Source: Monosiga brevicollis MX1
Taxonomy: Eukaryota
Direction of reading: 5' to 3'
NCBI RefSeq assembly: GCF_000002865.3
Contig: NW_001865050.1
Span: forward strand, 66,429 to 130,428
DNA length: 64,000 nucleotides
Shown: positions 25,549 through 35,666 of the stretch, in pieces
How positions within the stretch are numbered: position 1 is the stretch's first letter
Layout of the letters: every line of letters starts with the position of its first letter
Notes under the pieces: generated by a model
What the model was told of the DNA's origin: nothing
Databases searched by the model: none
Seen by the model: the letters and a program-made list of their open reading frames with translations, nothing else
Position numbers and translations under genes: made by a program

Positions 25549-28500
25549 ATGGCAAAGCTCTTGGCCGTCATGCTCGGCCTGCTGGCGCAGGTACATCTTG
25601 GTGCTGCTGCGGCTGAAAATTGGCCCTTGGCTGGAGGTATTGGTATGTTTACCCATTCGACGGCTTGCCCCGCCCCCACCTCTTCCCTCAGCGCTGTTGT
25701 TGCAAGGCAAACGGCCGGCAACTCGCGATCAAAGACCCAAAACTCCCAGCCGCTGCTCACCTTACTTTCCTTTTTGTACGTGCCGTGTCGCTTCCGTCGC
25801 AATGTGGCTATTATAGAAACGCTGCAGGGAACTGCGTCGCGGCAAGGCCCCGGCGAGGACACGTTTCGCTTTGCCATTCTGTTTGCCGAGCCCATGCCTG
25901 ATGATCCATACGTGAGCATTGACATGATCGCCATTGATGGTGATGACTTTGCCTTGGCCTTTGCCGATGATCCCGTCACCGACCCCCGCGGCTTTATTGT
26001 CGACGTTCTCTGCGCCGAGCCAGCCTTGGCCAACGCCACCATCCATTGGCGGGCCACCTTTCAGGGCCCCTGCGAGGCGCACAGCCATTGCCCTGACAGC
26101 CAGTACTGCGACACGTACGCTGGGTGCGACGACTGTACGTAGCCGGCCTACCACCTGCAAATTCCTTGTGCCCTGCCACCCTCAAGGAGGCTTCTCAACC
26201 CCTGTTCTCTCACGACTTGGTTTATCGTCTTGTTAGGCATGGTGTGTCACCAACTGCAAGATACCTTCGACGGTGGTGCTTGCCCTGAGCGATGCATGCC
26301 TAAAGTCTCCGAACCAGAGGAATTCGACTTTCCCTCCCCTTGTCTCGTGTGCCCAGAACGCACTTACCCCTGCGGGAATGCCTGCGTTGACGTCTATGGT
26401 CTGGAACTGCCCGAATGCTATGCATCGCCTGGTTGCGCCGTTGGCTTTCAACGCGGCTCTTTGACCGCCTACAACGATAACCTCTTCAGCCTAAACTCCA
26501 CCTACGCCACGCAGCTCAAGGCCGACGCAGCCTTAGCCCGCGTGAATAGCATCGACCCAAACTATGCCCCTCGAGAGCTATACGAGTCTTTGAGCCGCGT
26601 GCGCTCTACCTCGCTTTGTGCCACTGTGGAGTGCGCTCCACCAGAGACCTGCTACGGTGAAGCCACGTGCACAAACGGCGTGTGCTCGACCAATCCTTTC
26701 TTGGCCGCTGGTACCGAGGTACGCTCTTTCCATGCCGTGCCCCTGGGATGTTTGGCTTGTGGCTGCACTGGTTGTCTGCAAGTCATTCTTGGTGCGCTCA
26801 AACTCATGCCTTGTCATGGATGACTACCGCTAGTGTGATGATGGCAACAACCGGACCACAAGCGATGTGTGCGATGGTGCTGGCACCTGTGCAGGGATTG
26901 ACCTCTGTGACGGCGTGGTGTGCACGGCGCTGGATCAATGTCACGTGCCTGGAGAGTGCTTCCAGGGTGTTTGCTCCAATCCACCAGCACCGGTGGGCAC
27001 AGTTTGTGATGATGGCCTGGTCTACACCAACGACACGTGCAATGGCTTTGGCCAATGCATTGGTGTTGATCTCTGCGAGAACGTGACCTGCACTGCCGCT
27101 TCTCAGTGCCACGCCGTGGGCGTCTGTAGCTTTGGAAGCTGCTCTGACCCGGTGCTCCCCGAGGGCGTGCCCTGCGACGATGGAATCGCGTACACCAACG
27201 ATACCTGCGACGGCGCTGGCGCGTGCGTTGGTGTAGATCTCTGCGACGGCGTCGTTTGCCTGCCCCCCAGCCAATGCCACGTGCAAGGGACCTGCAGTTT
27301 TGGAGAGTGTACCCCGGTGCCTGCTATGGCGGGCACGCCCTGTGATGATGGTCTTAGCTACACCAACGACACCTGCGATGGCTGGGGCGTATGTGTCGGC
27401 GTTGACCTCTGCGAGAACGTGACCTGTACTCCGGCGTCCCAATGTCACGATGTGGGTACTTGCAGCTTTGGTAGCTGCTCCAATCCTACCAAATCAGATG
27501 GGACGCCCTGCGACGATGGCAATGGCATGACTGACTTTGATGAGTGCGTCGCTGGCGTGTGCCAAGGCGTACTGCAGCCTACTGTCGGACCAACGCAGAG
27601 TATGGGCTTTCAGACAGTAGCTGTCATTGAGCTCATCACACCCAACGCTTCTCTTGCAACGATAAGCGCCTTCATCGCTGCCGCCATCCCGGGCGTGTAT
27701 GGCGACGATGTGCACGTGAATGAGACCCTTCGCGAGCTTCGGGCCACGGCCAGTGCCATCCGCGATGTGCAGCGTCTGGAGCTACGCATCAACACTCGAG
27801 TCTTTGGCGAAACTTACGTGGTGTCCCAGCTGGACATGCTTCTGAATTCAAGCACCTTTGCCGCCCTGACAACGACTGAACCCGATGGCAAAGTTGTCAT
27901 CCTTAGTGCACCCCATGCCAGTAAGTATTCTGGCTTTCAATTTTTTTTTTCCTCGAGCTGATGAAAGATCTTGCACAATGCCTTGTTTTGTCAAGGGACT
28001 CAATCACTGCAACACGATTCGTTGTTTTCCGCAGTCCTTCGGTGCTTGACAGATGAGGTGTGCCCTGCCCTATCCTGCGCTGATGATGAGATTGAGTATC
28101 AGTCGCAATACCCCAGCGTGCGCCGCTGCTGCGCCGTCTGTCTACGCCGTACGTTTGAACTCCAAAGCGCCACCCCTGCACACACGTGTCTAGGTCTAGG
28201 CTTTTCTTTGCTTTTCTTTCTGCCTTGCTGTTTAGTTGTCTTGGTTCCACTTCCAAAACGAGGTTGCAGAGACAAGCTGCGCCTGCTCACTCACCATGTC
28301 AATGGTTGTGCAGGGGCTCTCTATGATGCGACAGAGATCGAGGCTTACCAAAAAGCCACCCAGCATTGGATGGCAGCTCAAGCTGAGCAAGACGCCGATT
28401 TCGTGACGCGGGATCTGGCCGAGTACGAGCAAGAGCTGGCTGCCTTTAAAATGGAGCTGGAAGCTTATGAGACGGATGCAGCTGCATGGGATTTGGAATG

Positions 28501-28552
28501 GGCCAACTACACAACTCGCGAGGAATTATTTTACAGATTGACCTGCCCTTGA
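25549..28552 (+). CDS. Secreted cysteine-rich repeat protein (signal peptide, possible H-type-lectin-like domain, tandem 56-aa Cys repeats, SEA-like domain, C-terminal coiled coil)
   Basis: MAKLLAVMLGLLAQVHLGAAAA signal peptide; CDDG...DTC..G.C.GVDLC..V.C....QCH..G.C repeats with a 168-nt period (starts 27005, 27173, 27341, 27509); no TM helix in the spliced model. Confidence 0.75.
26834..27570 (+). repeat. Coding tandem repeat, ~168-nt unit, about 4.5 copies
   Basis: Recurrent TG(T/C)GA(T/C)GATGG...TACACCAACGA(C/T)AC.TGC and GA(T/C)CTCTG(T/C)GA blocks. Confidence 0.9.
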
Positions 28553-28774
28553 GCTCAGCAGCTGCGAACCTCGACCGCTACGAGTTGACAGCATATCCGT
28601 TTTCCAAGTCAATTTGGGTCGCAGATGCTGCACGGCAGCCTTGTCTCTGCAGCAGACTCACATATTGTTTTTCTCATCATAACTGAACCTAGCCTGATCG
28701 ACTGCTCTGTTTGTTTGTGTGGTCTTGAGCGGTCTGAGTCTTGCAAAATTGCTTCGTGTTGGCCACTGACGCGG

Positions 28775-29568
28775 CTAATTGACGTCTCTGGATGTAGCCA
28801 ACTGGTGATTGTCACGTGTATCATAGCGACCCTTGACCAACAGGCGCAGAAAATCCTCAACCTCCGTCGGTGATCCAAGGGCTGTCAACAGCATCTGCTC
28901 AACGTTGCGCAAAAGCGCCACCTGTGCAACAAACAAAATCCCAATAGAGTGAGCTGCCAGGAGTCCCAACGTGCGCGGCGACCCACAAGCTTTACCTTGT
29001 GGGGTGCTGCCAAGGGCTGATGAATAGCGCCCAGTGGGGTTGAGGGAGCGTGGTACCAGAAGTTGAGCGAAACCGTCACCTAAAAAGGAAATGTCAGGGT
29101 TAGAACAGAGGTCTTGACCGCTTTGCAAACTCTATGTTCCGAAGTGAGAGGATGGATATGAATAAAAGCAGGGGTGGCACTTGCTTGCTCCAGGGATTGA
29201 ATGTGATGCCACCAGCTACGTGGGATGTACAAGACCTCGCCGGGTTGCAGCTGCCGCGGTACACGTTTGACGTGTTGGTCAATAATAGCGACGGAATCGA
29301 GACACAAACAGAGCATCCAGACGAGTGTTGGCATACCGTGGTGACATATGCTGGAACGCGACTGAGCATGTCCGTGTCAAGTGATCCGGGGTCTTCAAAG
29401 TTCCACTGCAGAAAAAACGAGAAGACGACGAATAAGAAGAAAAAGAAGAAGAAGAAGAAGAAGAAGAAGAAGAAGAGGACGACGAGGACGACGTCGACGA
29501 CATGATGTAATGGTATCAGCAGGGGTGGTATGGAAGTGCAGGGCAAGCTCCAAGTTTTTCTTTCTCCG

Positions 29569-29610
<42 letters not shown>

Positions 29611-30650
29611 CAAAAACACTCACTTGGCTCTGTCGATCGTACGGATGCCCAACCCTGAAGGTGCGATGGAGAGAAACGGGCGATGAAGACGCCAATATTA
29701 GAGCAAGGCAAGAGCAGGCGGTACTCAAAGAAGCCGATAAGCAGAGGGGACAAACCGGTATGCGCGCATGGCCTCAAACTGGGAAGGCGGAACCAGAGTG
29801 CATTGCTTGGATCCTTGCAACTATACGCAGAAAACCACGATGGACAGAGTTAAATATGTCAAAGACAGTTTTGACTGCCCAGCTCCAGTTTGAGCTCGAA
29901 ATGACCGCACCTGAGCAAAGAGATTTTGGTATTCATCGTAGTGCATGGGGGTGTGCACACCGGGGGGTCCAACAAAGAGCGTGTTGGAGTTGAGTGCGCC
30001 CCACTTGAGAGCTACCACGATGGACCTGAGCCACTCCCAGTCAAAACCGAGGTAATCTTGAACCAGGCGAGCCCCAACTGTGTCATTCAAGGCCTGCCAC
30101 CACGAACATAGCCGGTCATGATAGATGAGGAAGGCCAACACGTGTTTGCTCGAGGTGGTAGCTGCAATGAACTGACCTGCTGAAGATAGTGAAACTTGTT
30201 CTGGCCGCCGGCTTTGCGGAGCATATCGATGAATCGCGCAAAAGTGCGTTGGGAAGAGGTGATGGGGGTATCAAAGTGGTACCCGCCTTGATTCTTTGCA
30301 GGGTCAAAGTCCCTGAAAGTCGGACTGGGCCCCGTGTACACGTGGCAGGGCCCGCTACCCATGTGCTTGCCCAGGTACGCCAGGTCCCAGCGTGCGGCTG
30401 GGGCACAAAGGGATGAGTTGGTGATGACGACGGGGCGACCGGCCTGCATATGGCGCATCAACTTGTCTTGGTCATCGGCGGAAATACGGGGAAGCTCGCG
30501 TGTCCGAAAGGGAAAGGTCACGGGGACGGGGGACGGAAAGGCTGCACAGATCTCGCGCTCAAGGTCCGGCTCGACCGGCGCAGGGCCATTGGCTGCTGGT
30601 GAGGGAGCCGACCATGAGCGCGGGGAAGGGTCCGCGGAATTGGACGCCAT
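28775..30650 (-). CDS. HIF1AN: JmjC asparaginyl hydroxylase, factor inhibiting HIF (FIH)-like
   Basis: PVVITNSSLC.PA.RWDL.YL; YLQQALNDTVG; DYLGFDWEWL; TPMHYDEYQNLFAQ (HxD); HPYDRQSQ; PGEVLYIPRSWWHHI; SLNFWY; C-terminal KVALLRNVEQML..ALG.P.EV...KGRY typical of the FIH dimerisation helices. Confidence 0.88.
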
Positions 30651-31071
30651 CAGCCAGGCTTGACGGGTAACCCCCAACCACGAGCGGAGAGGGTCAAGAA
30701 GTTGTCGGGTGTTTTCGGAGCGCAAGGCGCACGGCTCCCGTCTTTCCAGCACGGCCTGGCTCCGAGCGCCAGGCGCAGGCTATTTTTATGAGCACGGTTT
30801 GTAAGAAGTAGGTGGAGTCAGTATCCCACGAGCAAAGGTGCCTGGCCCCGAGGCTCTTGCACCTCAGTTGCTTCCCAACCAGAGCGAAGAAGGCGAGGAG
30901 AGGAGCCCTGTGCTTGTGCTGCCTCACTCGAGGTCGAGGGGCGCCAAGCCAAGCGTGCTCAACTGTCAATGGCTCAGCCAAGCTGCGAAATACGCAGTGC
31001 AGATGCTGTGTGATATCTTTTCACAGAGTAGCCATGCGTGCAGCCCTGTTTTTTTGCTGAAAACCACCAAC

Positions 31072-31104
<33 letters not shown>

Positions 31105-31289
31105 GACGCCGCCGCCGCCGTCGCCGCCAAACGTAGGTTTCGGAACGCGCTCCGCTCACGTTCTCCGAATCGGAGCACGCTTTTCAAACTCCGAGAAGGG
31201 TTCCTTTCCCCCTCGAAACTATATGGTGAGAGAATGACAGTTCCGAGAAGTACATTTTATTTTACTGGTTCTGGCGCCGTGAGCCGAAG

Positions 31290-31811
31290 ATGGCTGACAC
31301 TGGAATTGGCGCCGATGGCGCGGGCGCGACTGATGCGACGGCATCGGCGATGGGGGTGGCGGCTGATGCGGCGGCCCGGGCAAGCGATGATGTTGGGGTT
31401 GCGGTGGCGTTGGACTCTGGGTACTTTGCCGTCGAGCCCAAACGAGATTGTCCGCATGTGGCCTTGGTGCGCCCGATGCTTGAGTTTGAGCTGGAGAGCC
31501 CTTGTTGTGACTGCGGCCATGTCGGCGAGAACTGGGTCTGCCTGGCCTGCAGCACGGTACGCTGCAGTCGCTACATCAATGGCTGTATGCTGAAGCACTA
31601 TGAAGACTCCCGCGGCACACTGCCGCCCAGTCTTCCTCTGCCACCCGCACTTCGCGCGTCGGGTCATGCGGTCGCCTTTAGTTTTAGTGATTTTTCCTTC
31701 TGGTGCTTTGAATGTGACTCGTATGTCGAGTCGCCAGCTCTTCGCCCCATCAAACGAGGCGCCACCGTCATGCGCTTTGGTGAAGAGCGAGCCCGCGAAG
31801 CCTTTGGCTAG
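31290..31811 (+). CDS. Stand-alone HDAC6-type ubiquitin-binding zinc finger (ZnF-UBP/BUZ) protein, 173 aa, apparently intronless
   Basis: FAVEPKRDCPHV...CCDCG...ENWVCLACSTVRCSRYINGCM..HY...H.V..SFSD.S.WCFECDSYV...FGE mirrors the HDAC6 C-terminal domain. Confidence 0.85.
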   Translation: MADTGIGADGAGATDATASAMGVAADAAARASDDVGVAVALDSGYFAVEPKRDCPHVALVRPMLEFELESPCCDCGHVGENWVCLACSTVRCSRYINGCMLKHYEDSRGTLPPSLPLPPALRASGHAVAFSFSDFSFWCFECDSYVESPALRPIKRGATVMRFGEERAREAFG

Positions 31812-32147
31812 CGATGCCAGGGGCAACGACTTTCTGTCCGTGTTTGCTGTGCTTTAAATGTCGGACGTGCTTGTGTGGCGGCAGCTCTACATACATCTTG
31901 GGGGCACGGCATGGTCCCGTGGCTTTTCTCTACTTTTGGCGGCTCTGGTCGACCCTCAATTTTCTTTTCATTCTGTTCTTGGTGGTGTTCATAATGTTGT
32001 TGGGGAGGGATCAAGCGAGTGTCGCGGGTACGACGACACCCGTGGCGACTGCATTTTATCGGGATGCGTGTCGTCAGATCGTGGTCGAGCAGGCGCCTGT
32101 GGGGTGTAGCATGACGTTGGGAAATCAATTCAGTATACGATTCACAA

Positions 32148-34239
32148 TCAGACCAGATCTTCTTCCAGCTGATATACCTCTCTCTGTCGCCGGCGCCCTC
32201 GCCAAGACGTCTTGTTTGATTTGGGTTTTGACTTGGTTTGCTCAGAGCTTGCGCGGCTTGATACGGCACTGGCAGGCAACAATCCTCGCGACTGTCGAGG
32301 TGGAAGGTCTTGACCCGACTGTTTTCGCTGCCGCTGTATCTGCTGCTGAACCGGCTGCTGCTGCAAGGCGGCAACGATGGCAGCGCCCTCGGCATAGGTT
32401 GTGGGCGGTCCAGACGAACGACGCTGTGGCTCGTCGACTCGAGCTGGTGGTGGCAGAGGGTCCACTGATTGATGGTGAGCCACTTGCTCCAAAGCTTGGG
32501 TAAACCGTGGATGAATCCAGGACGAGGTCTTGGTCTCATGATCCACGTAATAGCAGAGGCCATTGGCATCAACCAGACACTCCCACCGAGCGGGCAGCTC
32601 CTCATCGAGCAAGCCCAGGTCCAAGGCCTGTGGGTAGGGATGGTCGAGATGAGACATGAGTTTTGCTGGGGTAAAAGCACAGTGCAACATGACCACACTT
32701 TTGCTTTTTTCCTTTTTTCTCAGCCTGGAAGCACATTGGCTGAGGCGCACACAGAAACAGGCTCACGGAGAAAGTTGCGCGCAGAGAGGCGAAGAAGGCG
32801 AACCAACCTCCATGTGGCGACGAAGTTGCTGTGCATCGGCGTCTGACAGATGGTAGAACGTAAGGTGCAGCAGCTCTTGCAAGGCACGCGCGAGGTCCAG
32901 GTATGTGTCCACCTGCCACTGGTGGGCGCAGAGGGTGACGTAGGCATCGGGTGCCGACAAGGGCATCTGTGCTTGTGCATGATGCAAGGCCGTTTCCAGG
33001 TCCGAGAGCTGCATCTCCTGCACCTTGGCCTGGGCATCGTGCTGACGCTGCAAGTGCTGCATCTGGTGACGCAGCCGCTTTTGGTCAGCCTCATACTCGC
33101 GCACCAGATGTTGCAGTCGCTCCTGCGCGCCGGCACGCGCCTCGCGCTGCTGATGCCGACGTGCCAAGTGCTCGTAATCTTTTCGCTGCTGGTGGTCACG
33201 CGCTGCCCTGGCACGCAGACGCTCAACCTCTGCTTGCAGCTCCTGCAGGCGCAACTCCTGTGCCGTGGGCACAAAGGCCATGGCATCGTCATCCCACTTG
33301 CGCCGTACATCTGGGCCCACCTGTCGTGCAAGGCAAACCGAAACAATACGCGTCAGTGTGGCTGGTCCTACGTCAGAATTTGTGGGAAATGCGCGGTTCT
33401 CATGAGCCTACCATCGCTTGCAAATCAGCAAGCTCTCGCTCTTTGTCCGCAAGCTGTGCTTGCAGGCGTTGCATGGCTCGTTTCATTTCCTCGTGACGCT
33501 GCTTTTGGAGCTGATGCACCTCCTCATAATATTTGAGGGGCTCCGCGTCTCCACCTGGTTTATGGGTTCGCCCTCTTTGCTCTTGCATGTGTGCCTCGAG
33601 CTTGGCACGCGCCGCTTCGGCCCGTTTTGCGCGCTCCAGAGCCATGTCGCGCTCATGTCGAGATGCCTGCAGCGTCTCGACCAGCGTCAGGAGGCTGAGG
33701 GCGTCCACGGGGACAGGCTCATCCTGGTCCGAGAGTTCGTCTCGCAAGGCTAGGATGTCAGCAGCCAATTTTGTAGCCTCGCGTTCTGCTGCTACGCGCA
33801 GACCAATCTCCTCTAACGTCTGCTGCTTGAGCACCTCTAGACGGTCACGCAGATCCCGATTGGTCTCGGCCAGGTCGCGATTGCGCGCGTACAGGTCATC
33901 CTTTAGTGAATGCGTATCACTGCGCAAGCGAGCCTGCGCCCCCTCTACCTGGGCTTGCAGATGGGCCTGCTCCTCCAGCAGAAGTTGAAGCGTCTCTGAT
34001 CGTCCATGCACCGAGCTTCGCTGAGAAGAGCCAGCGCGCCGAAAAGCAGTCCCCGAGCTCTCCCGGCTACTCCGACTGCCACGACTACTCCGACTGCTGC
34101 GCTGACTCGTTGCTGCCCCCGGCCGCGGCAGATCATGGCCTGCATTATCCACACGATACATCTCACCACGATCCCCCTCCACCACAGGCTGCTCATCCAT
34201 ACTGGCGGCCAATTCCTGCAGCGTGCTCAACCCGGCCAT
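32148..34239 (-). CDS. Coiled-coil protein with a C-terminal WW domain
   Basis: Long heptad-rich exons (33400-34239, 32763-33320); WW domain ELPARWECLVDANGLCYYVDHETKTSSWIHPR. Confidence 0.7.
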
Positions 34240-34253
34240 CGCATCGGCGCGAC

Positions 34254-34393
<140 letters not shown>

Positions 34394-34753
34394 CGCAAAC
34401 CATTTCAATTTCATGAAACCAGTGACCATAATGCTTATTTGTCAGATAAAATCACCGATCGGAATACGGAGGTCAGTTTGCATCTTCAAAGTATTTTTGA
34501 CCCCTTTTGGTACGAGATAGAGAAAAAGTGAGAGAGAGACGAGAGAGAGTGAGAGGAGCGCCAGGGCGAAAAAGGGCAGCCCAGGAGGCGTGTGCGAGGG
34601 CGCTTTTGGACGAATGCAAGCCAAGCGGCCGTATCCCAGCTTTATTCAGTCGTGCCATGTCACAGGTCACTCACAGGCTCTTGCGCTGTGCGTGCGTGTT
34701 TTCTGTGATGTAGAGTTGCAGTCTTATCTCCATTCCGGACCGTGCCCGGCATC

Positions 34754-35102
34754 ATGTCCAACCCCATTTCTCGAATCTTTTTCCGCTTTCTCGCCGGCGA
34801 GAAGGCGATCATGCCTGAGCACCTGCGGTTTGCGCGCGACGTGGCTACGCGCTCGCCGCCCAAGCCCCACTTGCCCGAGGGTCCGGCCCACAAGGTGTCC
34901 AACAACGCCTACTACATGCGCGACAATCGTCGTGCTGCCCGCCCCGTGGTACGTGACCGCCTTTCAACCTCGGCCCAACCCTCGCGGCACCCTGTCGCCC
35001 TCATGATCGCCCTTCAATCTGTAGACCCGCATCGGCAACACAACACACACACCTTTGCATGCTGCGCCTAGCGAGGCCATTGAGGGTGCTACCAAGGCCT
35101 GA
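34754..35102 (+). CDS. NDUFA7: Complex I accessory subunit B14.5a
   Basis: LRFARDVATRSPPKPHLPEGPAHKVSNNAYYMRDNRR matches the family pattern. One GT-AG intron, then TRIGN...GATKA-TGA. Confidence 0.82.
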
Positions 35103-35497
35103 GGCCTGATGAATGGTTCACTTGCTCAAGGTCCTCTCGAGGCCACCGGCCGCGTCCTCTCCTTTTTGCCCTATCCCTCCGTCTTGTCCCGAATCTTGCA
35201 TGTGCTTTAGGTGAAGCCATATGTTGTTGTTTTTCTCTCCAAATTTACCGAACTTTGCATCAGCCCCGATTCCTTTCGGTAAAACTAAATTTGGATGACC
35301 TGCAACTTGAACGAGCGACCGGGGCATTTCCGGCTCAAAGTGTGTACCGTCCAATAGCAAGCACAACCGGACGGCTGACACACCCAGACGCTTCTCAAAC
35401 GCCCATGCGTAGGGGCCAGTGTCTAGGTGGGTCGGTTCTTCCTAAGTTTTTATCACACACGCAGGCTACCGACTGACAAGTGGAGCAAGGCTGTGTT

Positions 35498-35627
35498 TTA
35501 TGCGTCGGCCGTCACCACCTCGTCCGACAGGCGAAGAGCTGGGACCATGATGTTGTATCCACCTGCTCTCATGTTCACAGCAAAAGGAGACAGCATCCAT
35601 ACCGTCACATGAGCTCACGAGCAAACG

Positions 35628-35666
<39 letters not shown>

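Noticed and set aside
24776..25555. ORFs rich in RE/SL dipeptides (similar ones at 18178-18953, 34006-34531 and 43252-43785)
   Set aside because: Translations of microsatellites and N-gaps, not proteins.
26804..27448. 214-aa minus-strand ORF with internal repeats
   Set aside because: Antisense shadow of the Cys-repeat exon on the plus strand.
26834..27570. Regularly spaced repeats considered as a CRISPR-like array
   Set aside because: Units are degenerate coding repeats varying at third codon positions, with no unique spacers and no cas genes; the context is eukaryotic.
30838..31593. 251-aa poly-Ala/Arg-rich ORF overlapping the ZnF-UBP gene
   Set aside because: Arises from GCT/GCC repeats and an alternative frame; the 31290 frame carries the conserved domain.
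32850..33536. 228-aa Leu-rich plus-strand ORF
   Set aside because: Antisense to the Gln/Glu-rich coiled-coil exons; its composition is explained by the opposite strand.
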